A DNA stretch of 64,000 nucleotides from a virus (lineage: Duplodnaviria; Caudoviricetes): positions 29,829 to 93,828 of IMG/VR virus record IMGVR_UViG_3300032330_001692; one strand, written 5' to 3'. The translations under genes were made by a program, and so were the position numbers. Below, piece by piece: positions 8,047 through 18,044 of this stretch. The first letter of the stretch is position 1, and the number at the start of each line of letters is the position of its first letter. Below the pieces are notes generated by a model. The model had not been told where the DNA came from. It was given only the letters and a program-made list of their open reading frames with translations, and did no database searches.

Positions 8047-8834
8047 TGCCAGGGTAGTTTCTGCAATTCTGGTTGAGGTTTAGCCTTGCGGCCCAATTTT
8101 TCTGTGGGTACATCAAATACTTCCGCATCCACTAAGGGTGGTGCTGGTTCGTCTAAGTCTTGCAGGTTAGTCCATGCTAAGGGATGACGTGTGGTGGGAT
8201 GGTAAACCCACAGCTGACACAGCATGAGTTTAACCAGTCTGGGTAACTTTTTGAAGTCTGGATCTTTGATGCCATTTACTGAAGTGCACGACGTATAAGG
8301 AGTTTGGCGACCTTCGCGAGTTCCTGACTTGATGGTACGACCCAGTTCTCTGATTTCTAGGAGGTCTAGGTCTGGGAAGTCCTGACCAATGTACTGGATG
8401 ACTTCTTGATTGTCTTTGTCTAAAAGCTGTAAAATTGCTGGGTCTGTGTAGTCCCAGCTCATGTAGCTTACATTTCTGTACTCTTTGAAAGCACTCAAGA
8501 GTAAAGGTACCGAAGCAGCGTACCGCTGGTTTGACCCTAGAATTTGATTACCTGAAACGATTTGACCACGTGGAGAGTAGTTTGCAAATTGAAAGAGTGA
8601 GGTCAACTCTCGGCTGGTTGCTGCCCTGCCCGAGGGAAACTTGACCCTAGACTCCAGCAAATCTGCGTGCAGGGCACGCAAGGTTGCTGAGGCTGAGATC
8701 AGCTCACCTGTTCTACACAGCCGAACATTGTGGTTGAAAAAGGCTAAAACCTGAGGCAAAACCCAGCTGTGATTGTCTTTTAAAAAGGGCTGATCTAGGG
8801 TGTTCCAGTCTAACAGACTAATATCCTTTTTCAA
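8043..8834 (-). CDS. conserved T5-like early protein
   Basis: PR...RYAASVPLLL...Y-x2-WDYTDP and MLCQLW resemble a T5 early protein as I recall it. Confidence 0.6.
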   Translation of the reverse strand: MKKDISLLDWNTLDQPFLKDNHSWVLPQVLAFFNHNVRLCRTGELISASATLRALHADLLESRVKFPSGRAATSRELTSLFQFANYSPRGQIVSGNQILGSNQRYAASVPLLLSAFKEYRNVSYMSWDYTDPAILQLLDKDNQEVIQYIGQDFPDLDLLEIRELGRTIKSGTREGRQTPYTSCTSVNGIKDPDFKKLPRLVKLMLCQLWVYHPTTRHPLAWTNLQDLDEPAPPLVDAEVFDVPTEKLGRKAKPQPELQKLPWQ

Positions 8835-9162
8835 CGATGTGCTCCTAGTGCGGCGGGTAAGGGGTTTTGGGCGGTTGATCCGCTTTTTACTTTGAAATCT
8901 TTTTGCATTTAGAATTTTTTAAATATAGGTTTGGTCGTTTGCATCAGTTGATATCGTGTACAAACTTCCTGTGGCTGCAACAATTTTTCAATCTAGCGTT
9001 GTGGGTGCCATCGGTCGGCTGAGCTCGGTCAGTCACACACAACCCTATCTCTTATCGTTTTGCAACAGGGTTTGTACTCTAAGTTTTGTATCTTAGTATA
9101 ATTATATCACAACTTTTTACAGAAGTCAAGTAGCTGGAGAAATTTATTTTTCTGCTGCCCTT

Positions 9163-9330
9163 TTAAGATGTGGTTTCTTTGTACAACTCGTAGTCGCCAG
9201 GCTCTAGAACTCTGTTAGCTTGAGGGCAGTAGTGGTCTGGATCCAAGTCTAGTGTTTGGTTGAAGAGCTCGTCGTAACGGTGAGTGTAAGAGTTGCGCTG
9301 ATAAAAGGTTTCAGTGAGTTTGATTTTCAT
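9163..9330 (-). CDS. hypothetical protein
   Basis: overlaps upstream stop. Confidence 0.5.
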   Translation of the reverse strand: MKIKLTETFYQRNSYTHRYDELFNQTLDLDPDHYCPQANRVLEPGDYELYKETTS

Positions 9331-10133
9331 ACTTGGTAGACTCTGGGAGTCCAAAAAGGGTTTTGATCTGGGTAACCGCGGGGATTGCACAACACCCTGG
9401 TTTCACCTATGGTGTAGTCTTGGTGTGTGTGCATGTGCCCGTGCAACCAGTATTCAGGTCGGTGGTCTAAGATTAGTGCTTCTAGGTTGCTTGCGTATCC
9501 TCCGTTTAGTTCATGGTCAGTTTTGTATTCAGGCGAAATGCTCTGAAAGCTGGGAGCATGATGAGTTACCACCACAGTTTTAGGGGTGATGTGGTTTTTG
9601 ATGAACTGTTTAGTTTGCACATGCCGTTGCAGGGTATGCACTGGACGCAACTTGGTGTAGCCTGCTTGGTCATTGGTGATGATCCTGTAGTCGTTCATGC
9701 CGTATTGCAGGGCGGTCATGGTTATGGGATCGTGACGGTTGCAGTCAGTCCACAGGGTGCCACCCAAGAATCGGACGTCTTCGACATCAACGTATGAATC
9801 CTCCAAGAAGTGCAGGTTGTTGTAGTGTGCACACTCCTGCTGCAGGGTTTGCAGTGTTTGGTTGAACTTGCCGTGGTAGAACTCGTGGTTGCCTGCAACA
9901 TAAACTACATGTTGGTAGTGTTGAGTCACCTGGTCTAGAAACTCACGATAGCGTTGTGCCGATACACCTCGTGGTTGCTCGTGAGGCAACACCACGTCTT
10001 CACGTGTAAACCGGCGCAGGTCTTCTGCTACTAGCACATCACCGGCCAGCACAAGTACATCGGCATCTGGGAATTGAATTGATTGGTGACCTGCAAATTC
10101 CAAGTGCAAGTCACTCATTAGGGTAAAGCGCAT
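9327..10133 (-). CDS. calcineurin-like metallophosphoesterase
   Basis: SDLH, AGD, GNHE, THHAP, HGHMH. Confidence 0.9.
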   Translation of the reverse strand: MRFTLMSDLHLEFAGHQSIQFPDADVLVLAGDVLVAEDLRRFTREDVVLPHEQPRGVSAQRYREFLDQVTQHYQHVVYVAGNHEFYHGKFNQTLQTLQQECAHYNNLHFLEDSYVDVEDVRFLGGTLWTDCNRHDPITMTALQYGMNDYRIITNDQAGYTKLRPVHTLQRHVQTKQFIKNHITPKTVVVTHHAPSFQSISPEYKTDHELNGGYASNLEALILDHRPEYWLHGHMHTHQDYTIGETRVLCNPRGYPDQNPFWTPRVYQV

Positions 10134-10389
10134 AGTATTGTCCGTTAAAAGATTATTATAACCCAAAACAAAAGGGCACTCAAGCTAAAATTTCTTAGCC
10201 TGAGTGCCCCTTTTCTTCATACTGCTAACACTCCGCGTTGGCGTTGAGACTCTTGATGCTCTTCTTGGGTACGATTCACACACAAGCCTCCGTCGTAGAG
10301 TAAGGGCTGACCAATCCAAGCCAGCCATTCCAAGGCACTGGGCGTGAACTTGGTGCCAGTGGTATTCCAAGCCCTTTTAAATTCTTGGT

Positions 10390-10629
10390 TCAAGGTTCTA
10401 CTCCGAAACTTTCCTTTAGATGTTCAACTGCACTGTCTATGGCATGGTGCCACAGGTGTGGGTAATTTTGATTGTTTAAAGTTTGCCAGCTGTGCATTTC
10501 CGTTAAAGCAGTCACGCATTCCCTGACAATTTGTTCTGCAAAGAACTCTAGTTCCCGCCTGGTAACCTCACGGTTGTCATAGTCAATCCACAGGCCGCAT
10601 TCAATCATTAATTCGTTGATACGATTCAT
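10390..10629 (-). CDS. hypothetical protein
   Basis: MNRINEL...FAEQIVREC family; paralogue of next gene. Confidence 0.65.
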   Translation of the reverse strand: MNRINELMIECGLWIDYDNREVTRRELEFFAEQIVRECVTALTEMHSWQTLNNQNYPHLWHHAIDSAVEHLKESFGVEP

Positions 10630-10841
10630 AGTTCTTTAACTCCAAATTTCTCTTTGATGTTGTCTGCAATTTGCTTTGGCGTGGCATCGTACCAGCATTC
10701 TGCTAAACATTCTTGAACAATCAACTGGGCAAACAGTTCTTGACTGAACTGATAGGTTTCATAAGCCATGCCGTTGTAGTCATTGGTTTCAACAACTGGA
10801 ACTGTGGCTTGTGCAATGAGTTCTTGAATTCGTGCGCTCAT
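10626..10841 (-). CDS. hypothetical protein
   Basis: RIQELIAQA...FAQLIVQEC. Confidence 0.65.
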   Translation of the reverse strand: MSARIQELIAQATVPVVETNDYNGMAYETYQFSQELFAQLIVQECLAECWYDATPKQIADNIKEKFGVKEL

Positions 10842-10984
10842 AGTTTTTACCATACAGATTTTTGTACTCGGCTTGCAGGCTGTTCCAATATTCTAGATCA
10901 ACACTAGGATCAAATTGAGCATCCTGCATCATTTTGTCAAGATACGGTTTACACCATGCTAAAAATTTTTGGGATAAACTCACT

Positions 10985-11239
10985 TTACCACCAGTACAAC
11001 ACTAAGAGTTCAGGTTCTTGAGTTTGTTCGCACAGCCAGTGCAGTACATCTGCTTGGTTTTCGGAGTAGTACTCCGCATAGCTGAAATCATCTGTATCAG
11101 CCCAGTTCCTGTACTCGTCCAAGTCTAGGTAAAAGTACGAGCCGTTGCTTCTGCAGTCGCTGTAAACTGAAAACAGTTTGGTTTTGATGTTGAGGGGCAA
11201 GTCTTGACAGTCCAGTGTGGGAGTTTGTTTGATCAGCAT
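10985..11239 (-). CDS. hypothetical protein
   Basis: packed operon. Confidence 0.6.
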   Translation of the reverse strand: MLIKQTPTLDCQDLPLNIKTKLFSVYSDCRSNGSYFYLDLDEYRNWADTDDFSYAEYYSENQADVLHWLCEQTQEPELLVLYWW

Positions 11240-11240
11240 A

Positions 11241-11432
11241 TTAATAAGGATTTAAGAGTTGCAGGCCGTAGACACGATCACGGTAAAGGTTGATTTCTGA
11301 GTAGTAAATACACACTTCATCGCCTGTGGCTTCGTGTGTTGCGTGAAAGTACTCTGGTTCACAGTAGTTTACACGGTAAACATCACCACAGTGAATTACC
11401 AGGTGTGCTTGTTCAATGAGTAGTCGGTGCAT
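11241..11432 (-). CDS. hypothetical protein
   Basis: packed operon. Confidence 0.55.
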   Translation of the reverse strand: MHRLLIEQAHLVIHCGDVYRVNYCEPEYFHATHEATGDEVCIYYSEINLYRDRVYGLQLLNPY

Positions 11433-12312
11433 AGTTTAACCCGGTTGAAAGGCGAAGTGCCCTTGATTGTGACCAGTGCCGTGCTTGATCCTGGCACGAA
11501 TAATGTTGCCTGGAACCCAACCCAGCTCGTCGAGACTGGCTGTGGGCACCCAGAACGTAAAGTCTGCCTGTGTGCGTGTGTCGTAGGTTTTGTAGCAGTC
11601 TACCCTGGTTAGTGGTGTGCTTGTGGTTTGTTTGATGGTTTTGTACATAAGAAACTTTCACAAGTTGTTCGAGCAGATGAACTGGATTTACTTGCAACCA
11701 AAAATCAGCAGCAGCAGCACGAGCAACAGCATCAGCAGCACGAGCAACAGCATAAACAGCATAAACAGCATAAGCAGCATCAGCACGAGCAACAGCATCA
11801 GCAGCATAAGCAGCAGCATCAGCAGCATAAGCAGCAGCATCAGCAGCATAAGCAGCAGCATCAGCAGCAGAATAAGCAGCAGCATCAGCAGCATCAGCAG
11901 CAGAATAAGCAGCATCAGCAGTCTTTTCTGTGCACATAGTTTGCCAAGACTCGCCAAATCCCTGCGTATTGGCTGTTGACTGTAGCTGCGGCAAGACTTT
12001 ACACCACATCCATTCTAAAATAATCTTAGATCGCTGAGTTTCATGGCTTCGTCCAGTGCCCGCTGCCTGGGGGAGCAAAGATTTCCACTCTCGACTATTA
12101 CGTACAGAATCTGGCATAGAATCCTGAATTCTGATAATCCAATTGCCAATGACCTCACTCATACATTCGGGAATATCATCAGTCAGACGCCCAGATAGAG
12201 CCAAATTGATTGCAGCAATGCTACAGGCACTTTCTTTGGTACCAACCCCTGAGCACAGTGTCATGCTGCTCAAAAGTTCAGAGATCTTGGTTTGTTCAGT
12301 TTGAGTAATCAT
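11413..12312 (-). CDS. Ala-rich (AADAAAY)n repeat protein
   Basis: CSIAAINLALSG domain plus tandem repeats; promoter and RBS before 12312. Confidence 0.65.
   Translation of the reverse strand: MITQTEQTKISELLSSMTLCSGVGTKESACSIAAINLALSGRLTDDIPECMSEVIGNWIIRIQDSMPDSVRNSREWKSLLPQAAGTGRSHETQRSKIILEWMWCKVLPQLQSTANTQGFGESWQTMCTEKTADAAYSAADAADAAAYSAADAAAYAADAAAYAADAAAYAADAVARADAAYAVYAVYAVARAADAVARAAAADFWLQVNPVHLLEQLVKVSYVQNHQTNHKHTTNQGRLLQNLRHTHTGRLYVLGAHSQSRRAGLGSRQHYSCQDQARHWSQSRALRLSTGLNYAPTTH
11436..11648 (-). CDS. hypothetical protein
   Basis: packed operon; overlaps tail of upstream ORF. Confidence 0.5.
   Translation of the reverse strand: MYKTIKQTTSTPLTRVDCYKTYDTRTQADFTFWVPTASLDELGWVPGNIIRARIKHGTGHNQGHFAFQPG
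11706..11920. repeat. tandem coding repeat (AGCAGCATC/AGCAGCATA units)
   Basis: visible degenerate repeats. Confidence 0.9.
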
Positions 12313-12398
12313 GGTGGTTTCCGTGTTTTGATAAATCATTATAACCCAAAACAAAAAGCCATTCAACACAATAATTACTGTGCTGAATGGCCTTGAGT

Positions 12399-12581
12399 TT
12401 AATCGTCCCAGCGATCCCGTTTGTTTTGCCGGCGCTGATCGCGCTGCTTCTTTTCTTGCGGATTGCGCTGTGGTTTGTCTACCAAAACTTCTTCTGTTAA
12501 GAACGTTTGTTCTTGAGTGATTTTGTCCCAATTTTCCAGTGTTTGCTGGTTGATGACGTGTTGATACTTGTTTTTGTTCAT
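12399..12581 (-). CDS. small basic protein
   Basis: overlaps upstream stop. Confidence 0.5.
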   Translation of the reverse strand: MNKNKYQHVINQQTLENWDKITQEQTFLTEEVLVDKPQRNPQEKKQRDQRRQNKRDRWDD

Positions 12582-13021
12582 AGCTTTGTGCTGTAAAATA
12601 CGTGATTGCCGATGTGGGCTACACGCTTGAGTTGCAGTCGCCAACGTGGTTTGACTGCTGTGGTGTGATAGTGAGTGGCCCCGAGCCCACGTAGTTGGTG
12701 ACGGTGTGATAAGGCTACTCTGGCCAAGTACATGCTGCTGGCGTCTGTTGTGGGCCGGTGCCTGCGCTGATTGGTCCAAGAAAACTGATGGGGTTGATAA
12801 ACTACCTCACATACGGTTCTGGGGTAGTCTTGGTGCTGAGTTCGGTTCAAGGTGACTACTGCAACTGCCAATCCTCCTAGATAGCCCTCGCCACGAGCTT
12901 CGTGGTAAATGTTAGTGGCCAAGCATTTGACGTCTTGTTCGGTGTAACGTGGTCGGGGTATTCGTGCATCTGCTGTGGAGATTGACACTAGCAACAGTAG
13001 TATTGCTAGTAGTGCTTTCAT
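12578..13021 (-). CDS. SleB-like cell wall hydrolase
   Basis: CLATNIYHEARGE, VVYQPHQFSW, IGNHVFY. Confidence 0.92.
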   Translation of the reverse strand: MKALLAILLLLVSISTADARIPRPRYTEQDVKCLATNIYHEARGEGYLGGLAVAVVTLNRTQHQDYPRTVCEVVYQPHQFSWTNQRRHRPTTDASSMYLARVALSHRHQLRGLGATHYHTTAVKPRWRLQLKRVAHIGNHVFYSTKL

Positions 13022-13084
13022 GGTTTTTCCAGTGATAAAAAATCATTTTAGCACTAACGCAAAAGAAATTCAAGTGTAAAATTT

Positions 13085-13267
13085 TTAGGAGTATCGTTTC
13101 AGCAAATCCTGTTCGTTTTTGTCAAGCTGGTGCAGATGTTGATCCAGTTTCTCTTGCCACTCCCGAAGTTCCTTGTTGGGCAGCTGTTTCTGTGTGTTCT
13201 GGTACATTTCCAGTGCTTTGCTGTTGGGCATCAGCCAGCAATTTTTGTAGAAGACTGCGTTGCGCAT
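13085..13267 (-). CDS. hypothetical protein
   Basis: ORF. Confidence 0.45.
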   Translation of the reverse strand: MRNAVFYKNCWLMPNSKALEMYQNTQKQLPNKELREWQEKLDQHLHQLDKNEQDLLKRYS

Positions 13268-13617
13268 CTAGTTCCTGTGTGGTTTGATTTAATTGTTGGG
13301 CCAGTGTTTGATTTGCACGTTCCAAGCCCTGACACACTTGTAAGAGCTCTTCCAGTGCACGTGCAGCTTGTAGGTTTAAGTTGGTAGGCGGTCTGGTAAC
13401 GAAACTTTCTGTGTTGTCCGGCTGCACCTGGAAGTGCACAGTGCCGGCCCGCAGTTGTTGTATGATTTGCATAATTTCCCCTTGTAGCCTAAATTATACT
13501 CCAACAACCTGTGCCTTGCAACAGAAAATTTTTAAATGTCTCACACAAACCCTGAAAATTTTTGTGTTGCAACAAAGATGCCCGAGTGTTATAATTGTTG
13601 CAACTGAGGATGATTAT

Positions 13618-13797
13618 ATGAATACAGACCAAGAGTATATTACGCAGCTAGAAGCGCTGATCGTAAACGAGCTGCTTCCAGCACGTGAAAAGTATTACCA
13701 ACTCTTGGGTGTTCAGCCACCAGACTTGGGTTTGAGTTTTGAATTTAAACTGCGACAAAGAACGCCTGCATTGTTCAAGCCCAAACCCAAAAAATAA
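13618..13797 (+). CDS. hypothetical protein
   Basis: promoter plus gagga RBS. Confidence 0.55.
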   Translation: MNTDQEYITQLEALIVNELLPAREKYYQLLGVQPPDLGLSFEFKLRQRTPALFKPKPKK

Positions 13798-14025
13798 AAC
13801 GGGGTTTTCACGTTTACCCTGTACTGCCTCAGGCAAGAAAAAACTAAATCGGTGCACAATCTCATTTACAGATTTGGCCTACAAACCAGATCCTAAACTT
13901 GAGATGAATGTATTGTAAGTCCTGTTGTAGCAGGCTGATACTTATGTTGGGAAACAGACTAGCCTAGAGGGTAATACTGGCACAGCAGGGTGAAAGACCC
14001 TGCTCCCTTAACCTAACCTATTATC

Positions 14026-14715
14026 ATGACAACATTTCCTTCAGAAGACTTCAAACAAGTATTTGGCAAATTCGATGCAGTAAACCTGCCCCCTGCCAGC
14101 GGTCGCACAGTGCACAGTACGCTTCCCAATACCACAGTTGCTCCAGCAAGTACTTATAACACTACTTGCGCTAATTTAGATTCAGGATTTTATGTAAATG
14201 CGGATGCTCACAGCAATGAAAAAGTTTTGGCTAACCTCCCGCTAGGAAGTATAACATACGGACCAACTCACAGCTGGCCAGAAAACATCATCACCACGCT
14301 TCCACTTCCATGCTCGCCTGTGGTAAATTTGACTCCAGCACAACAAAAGCATATAGATCAGCAGCGTGAGAAAGTATTAGAAGATCAGAAAAAATCTACC
14401 ACAGCCATTCGTTATGATTCCGGCAAAGCAGACTGGAGCCTGATGCCTTGGGAAGCTGTAGAAGAAATCAACAAGGTTTTGGAGTTTGGTGCCAAAAAGT
14501 ACGCAAAACACAACTGGCAGCAGGGTGAAGGCTTCAGTTACACACGAGTGTTGAATTCACTGTTACGCCACGTATTCTCCTACATGCGCGGTGAGGATTT
14601 GGACCCTGAGAGCGGACTGTCACACATGGCACACGCAGGTTGCAATGTACTTTTCATACTCTACTACATCAAGAACAAGTCTCGTTACAAGAATGATGAT
14701 CGCTATGTGCAATGA
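14026..14715 (+). CDS. dATP/dGTP diphosphohydrolase (DUF5664) with N-terminal extension
   Basis: RYDSGK, FGAKKY-x2-NW, RH, DPESGLSHMAHA. Confidence 0.85.
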   Translation: MTTFPSEDFKQVFGKFDAVNLPPASGRTVHSTLPNTTVAPASTYNTTCANLDSGFYVNADAHSNEKVLANLPLGSITYGPTHSWPENIITTLPLPCSPVVNLTPAQQKHIDQQREKVLEDQKKSTTAIRYDSGKADWSLMPWEAVEEINKVLEFGAKKYAKHNWQQGEGFSYTRVLNSLLRHVFSYMRGEDLDPESGLSHMAHAGCNVLFILYYIKNKSRYKNDDRYVQ

Positions 14716-14912
14716 ATGAATTAGAACAGGCGCTGTATAAAACGCGCAGTATCCTACCACATGTGTGTTTAGAGTTGGACTTAGACCCCAGCTATCCCAA
14801 CTCATTACAAGAATGCTCAAGTTGCAGTATCTGGCTCAAGCCCACACAGCTGCAGCCGGACTTGGACGGCTTGCCTATTTGCAGAGACTGCTGGCAGTGG
14901 TACGGTGAATAA
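14712..14912 (+). CDS. small Zn-binding protein
   Basis: CxxC...CxxC. Confidence 0.6.
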   Translation: MNELEQALYKTRSILPHVCLELDLDPSYPNSLQECSSCSIWLKPTQLQPDLDGLPICRDCWQWYGE

Positions 14913-15507
14913 AGTCATTCTTAGTTTATTTGATTACTCAGGCAACTGGCCACATGCTTATCGCGCAGCAGGCTATTCGGTATTTCAAGTAGATATTAAA
15001 CATGACGTCAATATACTGGAACTAACGCCAGATGAGTTGCCTTTTGAACAAGTCTATGGCATCTTGGCAGCACCGCCTTGTACGGACTTTGCTAGCTCAG
15101 GGGCGCAGTACTGGAAGGCCAAAGATCAGGACGGGCGCACAGCACACTCACTGGCTTTAGTAGACAAAGTACTAGAGCTAGTAGACTACTTTGAACCAGA
15201 GTTCTGGGCGTTAGAAAATCCAGTAGGCAGGCTGAGCACACTACGCCCACAGCTGGGCAAACCTTGGTACTTCAATCCGCATGAATTTGCAGGTTGGTGT
15301 GATACTGCCGAGCAACAACAACACGAGCGTTACACCAAGAAAACTGGTTTGTGGGGGCGGTTTAACCCACCTGAAAAGCGTGATTTATTGAACAATCCAG
15401 AAAACAACTGGATGATGCGCTTGGGCGGCAAGTCAGAGCGTACCAAAGAACTGCGCTCAATGACACCCCGTGGATTTGCCCAAGCGTTTTACGAAGCCAA
15501 TAAATAA
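14905..15507 (+). CDS. DNA cytosine methyltransferase-like protein
   Basis: ILSLFD-x-SG, APPCT, LENPVG. Confidence 0.85.
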   Translation: MNKVILSLFDYSGNWPHAYRAAGYSVFQVDIKHDVNILELTPDELPFEQVYGILAAPPCTDFASSGAQYWKAKDQDGRTAHSLALVDKVLELVDYFEPEFWALENPVGRLSTLRPQLGKPWYFNPHEFAGWCDTAEQQQHERYTKKTGLWGRFNPPEKRDLLNNPENNWMMRLGGKSERTKELRSMTPRGFAQAFYEANK

Positions 15508-15562
15508 CATACTTGACACTCTTGCCCAGTTTTGATATAATTTGTGCTCACAAAGGATAACT

Positions 15563-16555
15563 ATGTTCGCACAAACACTCAACCGCATTGGTTTTGCCTG
15601 CAAACCCACAGACGTAGGGTTGCCTCAGATTACCTCAACCACCATCAAGTGGCTGAGCTCTCAAACCCGTGATGTGGCAGTCAGCCGACTGCGTTCACTC
15701 ATGCAGCAGAATGTACAGACTCTGGAAAAGCATGTGCGCTGGCTGGGCACACTGCCCAACCACTTGCGCATGTATCGCATTTCAAGCGAACTGTGTACTG
15801 CGTACACGCATCCAGACTGGATGTGGTTCTACTTTGAGCCTGAAACTGTACAGTGGCTGGAAACCAATCTCTCACGTGTGGGTGAACTGGCTCGTACACT
15901 AGACGTGCGATTGAGCTTCCACCCCGGTCAGTTCTGTGTACTGGCCTCAGACAACCCTGAGATTGTAGAACGATCCCTCATGGAGTTTGAGTATCACGTA
16001 GACATGATTCGCTACATGGGTTATGGCCGAGAATTTCAAGACTTCAAGTGCAACGTACACATCGGCGGCAAGCAAGGTCCCGCAGGCATCAAACGTGCTG
16101 TGCGTTCGCTTAGCCGTGAAGCACGCAATGTGTTGTGTATTGAGAATGCAGAGTTTTCCTGGGGCTTAGATGCCTCACTAGAATTGGTAGACACCTGTGC
16201 GCTAACACTGGACGTGCATCACCACTGGATTGCCACCGGTGAATACCTGAAACCCACAGACATTCGTGTTAGGCGGTTATGGGAATCATGGCGTGGTGTG
16301 CGTCCAGTAGTGCACTACTCTCAATCGCGCGAAGATGTAATCGGCGAAGACTGGGATCAAGATACTCTAGTAGACTTGCAACAAGTACTGGCACTAGGTT
16401 ACACTCGTGCTCGTTTGCGTGCGCACTCAGAAATGTACTGGAATACTGCACAGAACACCTGGCTTGCAACCTTCGTTCCACACGCTGATGTAATGTGTGA
16501 GGCAAAACAGAAGAACCTGGCAGCACACACATTCGCAAATTCTGTGTTGCCGTAA
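15563..16555 (+). CDS. uvsE: UV DNA damage endonuclease
   Basis: RIGFACK, RLSFHPGQF, IEN, LDVHHHW, HYSQSRE; TTGACA-N17-TATAAT at 15513. Confidence 0.9.
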   Translation: MFAQTLNRIGFACKPTDVGLPQITSTTIKWLSSQTRDVAVSRLRSLMQQNVQTLEKHVRWLGTLPNHLRMYRISSELCTAYTHPDWMWFYFEPETVQWLETNLSRVGELARTLDVRLSFHPGQFCVLASDNPEIVERSLMEFEYHVDMIRYMGYGREFQDFKCNVHIGGKQGPAGIKRAVRSLSREARNVLCIENAEFSWGLDASLELVDTCALTLDVHHHWIATGEYLKPTDIRVRRLWESWRGVRPVVHYSQSREDVIGEDWDQDTLVDLQQVLALGYTRARLRAHSEMYWNTAQNTWLATFVPHADVMCEAKQKNLAAHTFANSVLP

Positions 16556-16873
16556 CAGCCCGATTTCGATATAATTTGTATAACAAATCGGAGAACACAC
16601 ATGACACAACTTCCACCGCTGCCCCCGCCCAAAGACTACGGTCGCGGCTTGTACACCGCTGCACAGATGTTAGAGTACGCACGCATGGCAGTAGCTCCTC
16701 AGTCACACATCTGCGTGGTACCTGTGGCTGAAGTAGGTGATCTAGTCATTGAAGTACGTGAACGTGTTATGGTTACGGGCTTCAAGAGTCGCGATTCGCT
16801 GTACACATTAGCAAATTCTGTGTTGTAATCGCAACAGTTTTAGTCTATAATTGATTCTTCAATTGGAGAACAC

Positions 16874-17191
16874 ATGACCAAGCAAATGTACCTAATCAAC
16901 TACGACTGCGCACACTGGTGTGGCGGTGACTCCCACTGCGTGGTGTGGGCAGAAGATGCCGTTGAGGCTGAGCTGGAAGCAGGCCTTTTCATGGAAGAGC
17001 ACATGCGCGAACTGTTTCAAGATGAGTACAACGAATACTACGATGATGACAGCGAAACCAGCAACTACGATGACGAGTCGGCCGTAAGCGTAATCTCAGT
17101 GGAACTTTTCAACGAAACTCACGAGCAGTGGCAATTCTTTCAAGACCCTAGTCAAAGTGAGTTTTACCCTGTGATTGGAACCCCAGAATGA
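16874..17191 (+). CDS. acidic hypothetical protein
   Basis: promoter plus ggag RBS. Confidence 0.65.
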   Translation: MTKQMYLINYDCAHWCGGDSHCVVWAEDAVEAELEAGLFMEEHMRELFQDEYNEYYDDDSETSNYDDESAVSVISVELFNETHEQWQFFQDPSQSEFYPVIGTPE

Positions 17192-17362
17192 GTCCAGCTA
17201 CTTTTAACTACTACCAGGAGCTAGTAGCCGAACTGCAAGACTTCAGCACAGAAATCTTGCAAGGTGCCGTAGAAACCGGCAAACCCGCTGACGTGCGAGC
17301 TGTGTTTGACGAGTATCTACTGATTCCCTGGGGCGTTCTAAGCTCTGATTTCGAGTAAACCG

Positions 17363-17437
17363 CTGCCCTTAGTATAATGGACAATACACGAAGCTTCTAC
17401 CTTCATGATGGGAGTTCGATTCTCTCAGGGCGGACCA
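17363..17437 (+). tRNA. tRNA-Arg(UCU)
   Basis: cloverleaf, CT-TCT-AC loop, CCA. Confidence 0.85.
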
Positions 17438-17594
17438 CTATGCAAGAATACCGCATTCAGTACGTAACCACTTACGGTAAGTTTACCACACTTGTACGTG
17501 CTGATTCACCAAACGAAGCACGAGACCGTCTCGTTGCTCAATTCAATCACGAAAACGAACTGCTGGAGATAACATCAGTTCAGAGGACCACCTG

Positions 17595-18044
17595 ATGTTA
17601 GTAGACGACTTAAAAACCCTTTTAGCCACCAGCTTTTCATATTCCTTAAAAGCGGCAAACTACCACTGGAACATTGAAGGCGAAGACTTTATCGCTTTCC
17701 ATCCTTGGCTTGGCGAGCTGTATGCAGACGTATACGGCACAGTAGACCCTCTGGCAGAGTACATTCGTACCTTGCAAGCATACACTCCGGCTTCGCTGAC
17801 CCGCTTTCAAGAACTTTCACGCGTTTCAGATCAGCTGGAAGTGGTGCAGTTTCCCCAAATCTTTGAGCAGCTTTTAACTGATACTCTGTTGCTGATTGAT
17901 TTGCTGAACACAACCTTTGACTCAGCCACAAAAGAACGCCAGCAAGGCATTGCTAACTTCATGGCAGAACGCCTAGACGCAATGCAAAAGTACGCTTGGC
18001 AGATTCGTGCCACACTCAAGGTGATTCCAGGAGACATGTCGTAA
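17595..18044 (+). CDS. dps: Dps/ferritin-like protein
   Basis: YHWNIEG-x2-F-x2-FH, D-x2-AE, KYAW. Confidence 0.9.
   Translation: MLVDDLKTLLATSFSYSLKAANYHWNIEGEDFIAFHPWLGELYADVYGTVDPLAEYIRTLQAYTPASLTRFQELSRVSDQLEVVQFPQIFEQLLTDTLLLIDLLNTTFDSATKERQQGIANFMAERLDAMQKYAWQIRATLKVIPGDMS

Noticed and set aside
11617-11979. Poly-Ser/Ile, poly-Gln/His and poly-Leu ORFs
   Set aside because: Alternative-frame shadows of the Ala-repeat gene.
14026-14715. Z-genome (2-aminoadenine) system
   Set aside because: No PurZ or DatZ seen in the window; DUF5664 alone is not enough.
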